From: Candidatus Latescibacterota bacterium | Lineage (GTDB): Bacteria > Latescibacterota > UBA2968 > UBA8231 | Reading direction: 5' to 3' | Assembly (NCBI GenBank): GCA_965217585.1 | Contig: OZ244561.1 | Coordinates: forward strand, 1,600,001 to 1,664,000 | DNA: 64,000 bases | Shown: positions 9,977-19,122 of the stretch, piece after piece | Layout of the letters: each line of letters starts with the position of its first letter | Position numbering within the stretch: position 1 is the stretch's first letter | The notes under the pieces: model-generated | What the model saw: the letters and a program-made list of their open reading frames with translations, nothing else | What the model was told of the DNA's origin: nothing | Databases searched by the model: none | Position numbers and translations under genes: made by a program

Positions 9977-11496
9977 CAGTGCCCTCCGTGACTGTGCTCA
10001 GGCGCGGATGTGTCGCCGGATGCCGTGGAGGATGCGGACGCGCTACCTCCACCGTGGTCGTGCCCGTGCGCTGGCGCGCCGCCGGCTGGATACATCGCAC
10101 TGGGCTGGGCGCGTATCTGGAGGGCACTGTCGATTTTGAACGCGCCATTGACCACCACTTCCTCTCCCTCGCGCAGCCCCTTGCGGACCAAGTAGTAATC
10201 CCCAGCCCGCGGCCCCAGCACCACCTCGCGGCCCTCGTACAGGCCCTCGCCGAGCGCGACGTACACCACGGCTCGTTTGCCCGTCAGCAGCGGTGCCGAA
10301 GCCGGCACCACTAGCGGCGCGGCACGCCCTGCCTCGTCGCCCGCGCCATAGCCCAGCTCTTCGGCACGCACTAGGGCCATGCCGCAAATGTCGCAGGTGC
10401 CGGGCGCGTCGCGGACGATCTCTGGATGCATCGGGCTGATCCATTTGCCCAGCAGCGCGGGAGACATGGCGCGCCCATTGGCCCCCACTTCGGCCTGGGC
10501 CACGGCCCACACCAGCATCCCCGGTTTCAGCCGACCTTGCTCGTTGGCCACGTTGACCCGCACGCGCACGGTACGCGTGCGCTCGTCCAGCACTGGATCG
10601 ACGAAGGATATTTGGCCGCTGAACACCTCGCCCGGATAGGCCTCGGCCGAAAATTCGACGGTCTGACCGTAGTGGATCCAAGACAAGTCCGACTCGTAGG
10701 CGCGGAGTTCTAACCACAGCCGCGACAAATCCGCGATGGTGTAAATCGGCGTTCCGGTCTGCACGTACGCTCCTTCACTGAGGTGCTTTTTTATCACCAC
10801 GCCGCCTGTTGGCGCGTAGATCGTCAGGTGGTCGAAGGCTTGGCGCTCGCGCTCGACGCGCTCGATTTGTTCCTCTTTCAGCCCGAGCAGGCGCAGCTTT
10901 TCGCGCGCGGCCGCAACCGTTGCCTGCGCCGTCTGCCCGACCGACGTGCCGCTGTCAACCAATCGCTCGTGAGCGCGCAGGGCTTGGATCAGCTCCTCTT
11001 GGGCGGTCAACAGTTCGGGGCTGTAGAGATAGGCTATGTGGTCGCCCTCTTCGACTCGCACGCCTGTGTAGTCCACGTACAGCCGATCAAGCCGGCCCGC
11101 TACCCAAGCGGTAATGGAGCGGACCTGCGTCTCATCTACCGCGATCTTGCCGACCATCCGCGTCTCGACCGGCGCGAAGCGGCGCTTGACTGGCGCGGTC
11201 TGGATGCTGGCGAGCTGCTGCGCGGCGGGCGATAGACGCAACTGGCGTGGCCCCAAGGAGTCGCCGACAGCGGGTGCGGCCACCGGGATTAGGTCCATCG
11301 CGCAGATTGGACACTGACCTGGGCCAGGCTGGCGGATCTGCGGGTGCATTGAGCAGGTCCACGTTTCGCCCTGCTCGGCGACCGCGGCGGGTGCGTGACC
11401 GCTAGGTGTATCCGAGCCGCCCAAACCCCAGCCCACGGCCAAGCCGACGATCCCCGCCACGATGCCGGTAGCTATCACTTGCTTTGTCGCTTTCAT
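9976..11496 (-). CDS. cusB: CusB-like membrane fusion protein with heavy-metal-binding domains
   Basis: WTCSMHPQI...CPICAMDL, YSPELLTAQEE, LKPGM, a second SPMHP...CDICGM domain and a His-rich tail. Confidence 0.9.
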   Translation of the reverse strand: MKATKQVIATGIVAGIVGLAVGWGLGGSDTPSGHAPAAVAEQGETWTCSMHPQIRQPGPGQCPICAMDLIPVAAPAVGDSLGPRQLRLSPAAQQLASIQTAPVKRRFAPVETRMVGKIAVDETQVRSITAWVAGRLDRLYVDYTGVRVEEGDHIAYLYSPELLTAQEELIQALRAHERLVDSGTSVGQTAQATVAAAREKLRLLGLKEEQIERVERERQAFDHLTIYAPTGGVVIKKHLSEGAYVQTGTPIYTIADLSRLWLELRAYESDLSWIHYGQTVEFSAEAYPGEVFSGQISFVDPVLDERTRTVRVRVNVANEQGRLKPGMLVWAVAQAEVGANGRAMSPALLGKWISPMHPEIVRDAPGTCDICGMALVRAEELGYGAGDEAGRAAPLVVPASAPLLTGKRAVVYVALGEGLYEGREVVLGPRAGDYYLVRKGLREGEEVVVNGAFKIDSALQIRAQPSAMYPAGGAPAHGHDHGGGSASASSTASGDTSAPEHSHGGH

Positions 11497-12761
11497 CGTT
11501 GAATTTCCTCTGTGGTTGAGGGTTCGCCGACCAGCTTTTCAATCTCGGCCCCATGCAGAGCTTGGTCGGTGCGCGCTCGTTCGTACGCTAGCTGGAACTC
11601 CAGCAGGGTGCGTTGGGCGTCGATGACCGCGAGAAAATCGCTGCGATCGGCGGCAAAGGAGCGTTGGGTTACGTTGAGCGCCTGTTCGGCCTTGGGCAGC
11701 AGGCTGTCTCGGTAGAGGGTGCTGCGACCTTGGGCGTCGCGCCGTTTGTACAAGGCCAACTCCAGCTCGGCTACGAGCCTATTTTTTTCGTCCGCAACGC
11801 CCTGCAAGGCGGCCTGATAGCTCAGCTTGGCCGCGCGTTCTCCGGCCTCATAAGACGAACGCCACAAGGGCAAGTTGAGCGTAGCCATCGCCATCAGCGG
11901 ATTCTCCCCGCGGTCCCCACCGATGTGGATGTAATCGAGGCTCACGGTCAGGTCCGGGTAGAACTGTTTGCCGGCCAACTCGACGCCTAGGGACTGCGCC
12001 CGCGCCTGCACTTGTCGCATTTGCAGCGTTGGGTTCGCGGCCTGCAAGCGCGCTTTTAGCACCTCCTCGTCGAGATCCGACGCGGGCATGGGCAACGAGT
12101 CGGGCACGGCTACCGGCGCAGTCGCCGAGCGGCCAAGTGCGGCATTCAACCGGGCCGTGGCCGGCCGCCGCTGCTGACGCAGACTGCGTAGCTGGTCCTC
12201 TAGGCGGCCCAATTCCACCTGCGCCTTGAGCACGGGAGCGTGCTCTCCAGTGCCGCTGCGATAGCGGGCGCGGCCTACTTCTTCCAGGTGAGCCAACAGC
12301 CGCAAGTTTTCCTCGGTGACGGCGATGGCCCGCTGCAAAAAGTAGTAGTCGTAGTACGCGGCCTTGACCTCGAAAATAAGCGACCGCCGCACGGTCTCAT
12401 AGCGCTGGCCTTCGACTGCGGCCTCTTGCTGAGCGATCCTCCCCTTGAGATCCAATTTGCCCTTCCAAGGGAAGGTTTGCGCCGCACTAAAGCGCATTTC
12501 CTGCGGACCGGTGCGCGTCTCCACCGGACGCGCGAAATAGCCGTAGGTCAGGCGGGGATCGACCCAAGCGCACGCCGGGTCCACCTTTGCTAGGGCGGCT
12601 TTATAGCGCGACAAAGCCTGCTTGAGCTTGGGGCTGTGCGATTCGGCGTAGCGCGCGTACTCCGCGAGCTCGGCGCGGGGATCGAGCGCGACTTCTTCCT
12701 GCGACCAGACCGGGCCTGCGACCAGACCGGCCAATAGCAGGGCCGTTCTATTTTTGTACAT
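11493..12761 (-). CDS. TolC/CusC-family outer membrane efflux protein
   Basis: Signal peptide, QTFPWKGKL and LNLPLWR repeats; 4-nt overlap with cusB. Confidence 0.9.
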   Translation of the reverse strand: MYKNRTALLLAGLVAGPVWSQEEVALDPRAELAEYARYAESHSPKLKQALSRYKAALAKVDPACAWVDPRLTYGYFARPVETRTGPQEMRFSAAQTFPWKGKLDLKGRIAQQEAAVEGQRYETVRRSLIFEVKAAYYDYYFLQRAIAVTEENLRLLAHLEEVGRARYRSGTGEHAPVLKAQVELGRLEDQLRSLRQQRRPATARLNAALGRSATAPVAVPDSLPMPASDLDEEVLKARLQAANPTLQMRQVQARAQSLGVELAGKQFYPDLTVSLDYIHIGGDRGENPLMAMATLNLPLWRSSYEAGERAAKLSYQAALQGVADEKNRLVAELELALYKRRDAQGRSTLYRDSLLPKAEQALNVTQRSFAADRSDFLAVIDAQRTLLEFQLAYERARTDQALHGAEIEKLVGEPSTTEEIQR

Positions 12762-12834
12762 GCAAATACTCCTCGCCGCGACGGCCTAGGATTCGCGCAC
12801 AGGCCCCCGCAAATTGAGTGGAGTGTGAGACTTA

Positions 12835-12896
12835 TAAGCCGTCTGGAAATTCCGGGTGTCCCCTAAGCGCAACTGCTAGGGGTTTCGGACAGCTTA
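12835..12896. repeat. MITE-like element with imperfect terminal inverted repeats; partial second copy at 20598-20634
   Basis: TAAGCCGTCTGGAAATTCC ... GGGGTTTCGGACAGCTTA forms imperfect inverted ends. The left part recurs near 20.6 kb. Confidence 0.55.
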
Positions 12897-12922
12897 TTAG
12901 AACGAACTCAGTGCGGCGAGGA

Positions 12923-13279
12923 TTAGATCAGGAAGGAACAGTAGAGCTGGAAGAGCGGGGGGTGCGATTGGGGGATGCGGTTGGGCCGCGACGGCAGCGC
13001 AGACGAGCGAGGCGGCGGAGAGGCGGCCGCCGCCATTCCGACCACGGGCGTTGAGACGGACGGCTGCTCGGCTGGGGGGACGAACTGGGGGGATGCGCTG
13101 TTTGCTGCGCGCAGACAGCAACAACCCGCTTGCAGGCCCTCGTCGCCGCAGGCATTGGCGACGTGGCAGGGCATGGGGGCAGGCTCTGCGGCACATGGGG
13201 CGCAGAGAACCTGCAAGCCGCTACAAGCGAGGGCCAGCAGCAGGGTTAGAGACGTGGTTAAAGGGCGCAGGTTTTTCAT
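12923..13279 (-). CDS. Small Cys/Pro-rich putative metal-responsive leader protein
   Basis: Hydrophobic N-terminus, CAPC, PCH, CCC and C-terminal HPPLFQLYCSFLI; lies directly upstream of the TolC gene. Confidence 0.65.
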   Translation of the reverse strand: MKNLRPLTTSLTLLLALACSGLQVLCAPCAAEPAPMPCHVANACGDEGLQAGCCCLRAANSASPQFVPPAEQPSVSTPVVGMAAAASPPPRSSALPSRPNRIPQSHPPLFQLYCSFLI

Positions 13280-13354
13280 TGTTAATGAGTCGCTCGGCTA
13301 CGGGCCATACGTAGATTGACGACCGACAACACAAAAAAGTTCCAACGGAGTCCG

Positions 13355-14071
13355 CTACTTGGGCACCATCTTGCGCACGCCGCGCTCGTACACCACTTCG
13401 TATTCGCCCTCCGGCACCTCCATGGCTCGCACCGCCAACTCGCCCATCGTCACCATCGGCTCAGACTTCAAGAGCAGCTCGTCGAACGACTCCTCGGGCG
13501 TCTTGCCGGTAGTGTCTAAGACGATTGTGCGGTTTTGGTGGGTAAACAGCGACGCGGCGATCTCTTCCTCAAAGCGCGCTTTGACCTCGGCAATATGTTC
13601 TTGGCGCACGACCGGATATTCGTGCGGGCTGTCCTGCATCCGCCGCGCGATCTCCTCGTCGGAGGCCGTTACGTGGAATAGCACCACGTCGGGCAGATGG
13701 GCCTCGAGCACCAACGATTCGTAGAGCCGCTGGAAGCCGTAGTGGAAGTTCGGGTAATAAAAACTGTTCGGATCGTCGCCGTAAAAGCGAGTGTACACGG
13801 CCTCCTCTAGGTGCCAGCCGACGATCAGCGGACAGGCGTACTTTTTGATGATGTCCACGTGGTAGTGGATCTGCATCCGCTGCCCGCGCTCCTTTATGTC
13901 GTTGGGCAGGCCGACCAAGATCTTGCGCGACTCCGGGCTGAGCGAAGCGTCGGGGAGAGTGAAGTGATCGTCGCCGTGGATGGGAACCCGGCGGTGCCGA
14001 TAGTACTCCCCGAGCATGGTGGCCAACGTGCTTTTCCCCGCGTATTCAATACCTGCGAAAATGCTGCGCAT
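13355..14071 (-). CDS. P-loop NTPase with nucleoside-monophosphate-kinase-like fold, function unknown
   Basis: N-terminal IFAGIEYAGKST Walker A, VLFHVTASDEEIARR, IVLDTTGKTPEE; SD AAGGAG. Confidence 0.7.
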   Translation of the reverse strand: MRSIFAGIEYAGKSTLATMLGEYYRHRRVPIHGDDHFTLPDASLSPESRKILVGLPNDIKERGQRMQIHYHVDIIKKYACPLIVGWHLEEAVYTRFYGDDPNSFYYPNFHYGFQRLYESLVLEAHLPDVVLFHVTASDEEIARRMQDSPHEYPVVRQEHIAEVKARFEEEIAASLFTHQNRTIVLDTTGKTPEESFDELLLKSEPMVTMGELAVRAMEVPEGEYEVVYERGVRKMVPK

Positions 14072-14160
14072 ATCTACTCTCCTTTGGGCTTTTCAAGACG
14101 GCGTTCTCGGATATATTGTCAAAAGTAAGTCGCCTCACACCCTTCAGCAAACGACCGCTT

Positions 14161-15177
14161 ATGCCTGCTAGCTCATCCAGAATTGGCGTCCTCGTCGCCC
14201 AGCTCGGTACACCCCAAGCACCCACCGCCCGCGCGTTGCGTCCCTATCTGCGCCAATTTCTCTCCGATCCGCGCGTCATCGACCTCCATCCGCTCAGGTG
14301 GTATCCCATTCTCTATCTGTTTGTCCTCACCCGCCGACCCGCGCGCTCAGCCGCCCTGTATGCCAATATCTGGACCGACGAAGGCTCGCCTCTCATGGTC
14401 CATTCCCAAGCGCAAACCCGCGGCTTACAAGAGCGGTTGGGCGCGGCGTATCGGGTCGTGCTCGGCATGCGCTACGGCGAGCCGAGCATCGCGCGCGCCG
14501 TCCAGTCCCTAGAGCAGGAAGGCGTCGAGCGCATCCTCGTCTTTCCCATGTACCCGCAGTTTTCTTGCGCCACTACCGGCTCGATCTACGACGCGGTCAA
14601 CCGCGCTGCCTTGGGCCGGCGCTGCCCTTGGTTTTTCGACCGCAAACGCCAGATGCCGGCGCTGCGCTTCGTCCCGCCCTATGCCGACCATCCCGCGTAC
14701 ATCAACGCGCTCAAACAGTCGGTCGCCGCAGCAGTCGCCCGCCTCAGTTGGACCCCCGACCGCTACCTAATCACCTTCCACGGCATTCCCCGACGCTACG
14801 TCGATGAAGGCGACCCCTACCGCCGCCACTGCGAGGAAACCGCGCGTCAACTAGCCGCGGCGCTGGGCCTCGCAGACGACGAGTGGGTCAGCGGCTTCCA
14901 ATCGCGCTTCGGCAAAGAGCCTTGGCTAGAGCCTTATACCGAGGAGGTGCTGGCGTGCCTCGGGGGACTGGGCGTGCGCCGCTTAGTGGCCATCTGCCCC
15001 GGCTTCACCGCCGACTGCCTTGAGACACTCGACGAAATTGGCCGCGAAGGGGCCGAGCAGTTTTCCCACGGGGGCGGCCAACAGTTTCACTTAGTGCCCT
15101 GCCTCAACGACCACCCGACCTGGCTCGACGCCATGGCAGCCATTGCCCGCCAAGAACTGGCCGGCTGGAACGCCTGA
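14161..15177 (+). CDS. hemH: Ferrochelatase
   Basis: QLGTP, YLRQFLSDPRV, GMRYGEPS, PMYPQFS, FHGIP, FQSRFG..PWLEPYT, PGFTADCLETLDEI. Confidence 0.96.
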   Translation: MPASSSRIGVLVAQLGTPQAPTARALRPYLRQFLSDPRVIDLHPLRWYPILYLFVLTRRPARSAALYANIWTDEGSPLMVHSQAQTRGLQERLGAAYRVVLGMRYGEPSIARAVQSLEQEGVERILVFPMYPQFSCATTGSIYDAVNRAALGRRCPWFFDRKRQMPALRFVPPYADHPAYINALKQSVAAAVARLSWTPDRYLITFHGIPRRYVDEGDPYRRHCEETARQLAAALGLADDEWVSGFQSRFGKEPWLEPYTEEVLACLGGLGVRRLVAICPGFTADCLETLDEIGREGAEQFSHGGGQQFHLVPCLNDHPTWLDAMAAIARQELAGWNA

Positions 15178-15195
15178 CGGCAGCGTGTCATTTGC

Positions 15196-15225
15196 TTGAC
15201 AATTCTGTGTCTTTTTTGCCATACT
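15196..15225 (+). promoter_or_regulatory. sigma70-like promoter
   Basis: TTGACA-18nt-CATACT with a TGn extension, 13 nt upstream of ATG 15239. Confidence 0.45.
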
Positions 15226-15238
15226 TAGCGCGACTGCT

Positions 15239-16348
15239 ATGGACAAACTACCCCTCGCGCTCGAACGCAAACTCATCCGGCTCGGCACTCGTCTCATCGA
15301 CCAAAAGCGCGGCCGACGCCTCGTCGAGCCAACCAAGGACCGCGACGGCTTCTGGTTTGGCGGCGGCAACTCGGTCCGCGATCCCAGCGATGGCAGCCTC
15401 TGGCTCATCGGCCGCTACCGCGACGCTGGCGACAGCCGCACGGGGCTAACCGCCGGCCCCCGAGGCCGCGCCCTAGCCATCTTTCGCTCGACCGACAATG
15501 GACGGAGCTTTGCCGAGGTTCGCACTTGGGATAAATCCGACCTCTACTGCGGCTCGGCCGTGCTCAGCATCGAAGGCAGCGCTCTGCGCCTCAACAAGCG
15601 CCGCGTTCAAGTGCTGGTCTCCACCGAAAAAGTTCGCTTCTACCCACGGCCCGTCGCCGCGTTTCAGAAGCCGGGCACTGGCGTCTGGAGCATCGACGCC
15701 TTCGCCGCCACCTCCATCAACCGGCTCGACCCACAGGAGTCGATTGCCCCGCTGCTGACCAGCGACGATCCGGCCTATCTGCACCTCAAAGACCCCAACC
15801 TCTCGGCCGGAATGGGCCGGCAGCCCCTGCTGCTTTACTGCACCCATCCGTACACTTGGTCTGCAAGCACTTCGGGTCGCGCCGTGCTCGCGGCTCATTC
15901 GTGCGAGAGCCACGGCCACGACTTCTTTTCCCGCGGCCCGACCTGGGATGTGGCTGCCTTGCGCATCACCTGCCGCTTGCCTGTGCCCAAGGTGGGCGCG
16001 TTCGCTTATTTGCCCTCGCTCTCGCTCTATTTCTACGATGGGGCCGAGTCCATGCACCCGCTCAAAGCGCACGCAAAGGGGGTCGTCCGGCCGCGCGGCT
16101 ACTCCTGCGAGGAATTGGGCGGCTTGGCGTACGGCTTCGATCGCCAATTCCCGCGCCTCCACCGCCTCAGCTACCTCCAGCCGCTCTTCGTCTCGCCGGA
16201 AGGCACGGGCTGCTCGCGCTACGCGTCCGTGCTGACAGAAGCAGACGGGGGGGTTTTCGCCACTTGGCAGCGCTCGACCCAAACCCGCTCGCAGCCGCTT
16301 TTCGGCCACCGGCTCACGCCAGCGCGAGTCAAGTCCCTGCTCTCCTGA
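15239..16348 (+). CDS. Sialidase-like/beta-propeller hypothetical protein
   Basis: Asp-box SxDxGxxF (STDNGRSF), GFWFGGGN, GRYR.AGDSRTG, SIEGS, KDP; no signal peptide. Confidence 0.6.
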   Translation: MDKLPLALERKLIRLGTRLIDQKRGRRLVEPTKDRDGFWFGGGNSVRDPSDGSLWLIGRYRDAGDSRTGLTAGPRGRALAIFRSTDNGRSFAEVRTWDKSDLYCGSAVLSIEGSALRLNKRRVQVLVSTEKVRFYPRPVAAFQKPGTGVWSIDAFAATSINRLDPQESIAPLLTSDDPAYLHLKDPNLSAGMGRQPLLLYCTHPYTWSASTSGRAVLAAHSCESHGHDFFSRGPTWDVAALRITCRLPVPKVGAFAYLPSLSLYFYDGAESMHPLKAHAKGVVRPRGYSCEELGGLAYGFDRQFPRLHRLSYLQPLFVSPEGTGCSRYASVLTEADGGVFATWQRSTQTRSQPLFGHRLTPARVKSLLS

Positions 16349-16355
16349 AATTTCT

Positions 16356-17006
16356 CTAGAGGGTGTCCAACTGCGCCCGCAGCCAAGCGTCCAAGTCCTC
16401 TAAGCACGGCTGGGCAATCGCGTGGGGCATATCGTATTCTTTGTACAGCAAGTCCAACCCGAGGGGAGCGAGCAGGTCTCTGGAGGCGCGGGCTTGGGCA
16501 ATGGGGATGACTGGATCAAAGCGCCCGTGCGACATAAAAATCTTCAGGCCACGCACCGACGCCGTATCTTCCGGCACCATATCCGGACTGCACACCCCGC
16601 TCAATGCAATGGCCCCGGCAAAGTCCCGAGGCCGCTTTAGCGCGGCCGCCAAGGCCATGCTCGCCCCTTGGCTGAACCCCGCGATGAAGATGCGCGCGGG
16701 ACGGTGCACTCGCCGCAGCGCGTCCACCAAGGACAATATCTGCGCTAGAGGTTCTGCGGCCTCAGCAAAATCAAAGCGCACTCCCTCCGCGCCGATCTCG
16801 ATATTAAACCATGCGAAACCGCCGAAATCGAGCGCATAAGGCGCGCGGGCACTGACGCAAACAAGCCGCGCATCCAAGTGCGGCGCCAAGCCCAGCAGAT
16901 CCTCCTCATTGGCACCATAGCCGTGCAAAAGTAGGAGCAGTGGCGCACCCTCGGAGGGTATGTCGGGCGACTTGTGGGCAACGTGGTAGAGGGACGCTGT
17001 GGCCAT
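16356..17006 (-). CDS. Phospholipase/carboxylesterase (alpha/beta hydrolase)
   Basis: LLHGYG, GFSQG nucleophile elbow, HGRFDPVIP, catalytic His in MPHAI. Confidence 0.92.
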   Translation of the reverse strand: MATASLYHVAHKSPDIPSEGAPLLLLLHGYGANEEDLLGLAPHLDARLVCVSARAPYALDFGGFAWFNIEIGAEGVRFDFAEAAEPLAQILSLVDALRRVHRPARIFIAGFSQGASMALAAALKRPRDFAGAIALSGVCSPDMVPEDTASVRGLKIFMSHGRFDPVIPIAQARASRDLLAPLGLDLLYKEYDMPHAIAQPCLEDLDAWLRAQLDTL

Positions 17007-17013
17007 GTCGCCG

Positions 17014-19122
17014 CTACTTTACCGAGACCTCGTACTGCCCAGCCCGCCGCAACACCATCACCATCCGCTCCTCTTGGCTGATCAGCTCATGCACGTGGAA
17101 GTTGGGGTGGGCCTTCTCGTTGCGCCACACCGTCTCGCCGTTGATTTCGATTTGGGGGAAGCGCTTGTCGCAACGGGGTACGGAAAAGTGCGTTGCGCCG
17201 TCGTGCGGCACGGTAAGGCGTGCGGAAAAGCCGCCGCCATACGCCCCCCAAGCGACCTCGACATCGCCGTGCGGCGTGGGCACGACGCCCTCGGCGCGTT
17301 CGAGCCCGGACAACTGCGGCCGAACCTCCAAGATCCCCTCGGCCGTAGGCACAATCCCTAGCACGTGGGCCGCCAGCAAGCTCTCCGGCCCGGGTTGCGC
17401 GGCCGACGACCCGGCCTTCTCACCCCACGTCCGGCCCGGGCGCGCCAGCAAGCGGCCCCATTTTTTTTGTACGTAAGCCAAAGCCGACTCGCCTGCGCCC
17501 GCCCGCCACAGCGCCCCAGCGACAAAAAACGCCTGCCAAAAATCGTCTTCTGACGCCAAGCCGCCGGCTAGGTGCTGCGCCACGCGCATCTGCTGTCTGG
17601 GATTGGCCAAAGCAAAATAGAGCACCAAGGCATTCGTCCAGCGGCTGCAATCACCGGCCCCGGCAGCATCGGCAAAAAGCCCTTGCTCTTCGCTCCAAGC
17701 GGCTTGCAATCCCTTGCGCGCCCGGTGATGGGCGCGCTCGCATTGGATGGCTTGCTGACGGTCACCGATGCGCCGACACAAGGCCGCGACCGCTTGCCAA
17801 GCTCCGGCCCGCAGGGCGACAGTAGCGGTCGCTGGCGCGGATTCGTCTTCGGCCGTTTGCAATCCGTTCACTAGGCTCGCTAGCCGCTCGGCAGTCAATC
17901 GGTCGCCGCTGTGGCGCTGCGTCAGCTCGACAAACAGCGCGTGGAAACAGGCCTGTTCTCCGCCAATCGGTGCCTCGCTGCCGGCTAGCACAGCGCGCGC
18001 CGTATCCACGCTGCCGGTCGCGTACAAATCGTTCATGGCCCAAACGTAGAGCTGGTCCCAGTTGAGCCGTTCCTCGCCGAGGGCGTACCCCTCTTGGCGG
18101 CTAGCGGCTAAGGTTTGCTCTCCGGTGCGCCACAGTTGCGCCCAGTCTTCGTCCACGGTTGTAAAGCGTCCGCGCGCCGCGACGGCCACGCGACGCTCCA
18201 CCAGCGAGACACTGTCTATTTCCACTTGCTCTGGGCACGATCCGATCCGCACCACTAGGTAGCGGCACGTCGCCAATTGCGGCGACGTCCACTCTTGCAA
18301 CCCGTCGCGGCACACGTAGCGCAAGCGCGATTCCACCGCGCCCGCCGCCCGCGCAAAACCTAGGTCAATCACCGCGCCGGCCCGACCCCGCAGCCGCAGA
18401 TGAGGGAATCCGCGCAGCAACCGCCCGAAGTCCAAAACTATATACGCGGCCCGGGCTGCATCTTTTGCCTGCACCAAGGACTGGGTTTTACCGGCTGTCA
18501 GGAGCGCTTCCCGCCGCACGCATTTGGCGGTCTGCATGGCCTCGGGGTGGGCGACCCATTCGAGCACGCCCTCGCTAGCTACCTCGCCAAAAGCCATCAC
18601 CTCCCGCGCCCACACCATGCTTTCCTCAACGGGCAACGGCGACCAATCCCTCGGCGCGGCTCCGGCCACCACGGCGGCTTCCCGCCATCCCGCAAACCGC
18701 CCTTTGGCCCACTCAGCCGGTGCCAGCACGGCTGCGTAGCCGGCTGCGCCTTGCCAAGCATCGGCCGGCCGCACCTGCCAAGGCGTGCCGGTGTACAGCA
18801 CCTGCTCGGCCCCATCGCTACGCTCAATTTTTCCCTCGGCGCGGAACCAGTCTTCTGCACCGCGGCCCACGGCAAAGACCAACAACACATTTTCGCCATC
18901 CCGCAGCGCAGCATCTAAAGCGAACTGCTCCCACACGGCCACTTCTGCCGCCGCTGGCCCCAATCCCCTGCCCACTCGCTTGCCATTCAAGAACACCTCG
19001 TACGGCCCACTCGCAGCACAGCGCAATACGCCGTTGGCTGCTGCGCCGGTCAGGTGGAATTCGAGGCGGATATATACGGCCAACGCGGCCGGATGCCATA
19101 TAGCTTGCGAGCGCATACTCAA
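17014..19122 (-). CDS. Alpha-L-rhamnosidase-like (GH78 architecture), divergent
   Basis: YEVFLNGKRVG, LDFGR..G, helical barrel, C-terminal VRPQL.GL..AEG.VPTPHG.V.V.W. Confidence 0.7.
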   Translation of the reverse strand: MSMRSQAIWHPAALAVYIRLEFHLTGAAANGVLRCAASGPYEVFLNGKRVGRGLGPAAAEVAVWEQFALDAALRDGENVLLVFAVGRGAEDWFRAEGKIERSDGAEQVLYTGTPWQVRPADAWQGAAGYAAVLAPAEWAKGRFAGWREAAVVAGAAPRDWSPLPVEESMVWAREVMAFGEVASEGVLEWVAHPEAMQTAKCVRREALLTAGKTQSLVQAKDAARAAYIVLDFGRLLRGFPHLRLRGRAGAVIDLGFARAAGAVESRLRYVCRDGLQEWTSPQLATCRYLVVRIGSCPEQVEIDSVSLVERRVAVAARGRFTTVDEDWAQLWRTGEQTLAASRQEGYALGEERLNWDQLYVWAMNDLYATGSVDTARAVLAGSEAPIGGEQACFHALFVELTQRHSGDRLTAERLASLVNGLQTAEDESAPATATVALRAGAWQAVAALCRRIGDRQQAIQCERAHHRARKGLQAAWSEEQGLFADAAGAGDCSRWTNALVLYFALANPRQQMRVAQHLAGGLASEDDFWQAFFVAGALWRAGAGESALAYVQKKWGRLLARPGRTWGEKAGSSAAQPGPESLLAAHVLGIVPTAEGILEVRPQLSGLERAEGVVPTPHGDVEVAWGAYGGGFSARLTVPHDGATHFSVPRCDKRFPQIEINGETVWRNEKAHPNFHVHELISQEERMVMVLRRAGQYEVSVK

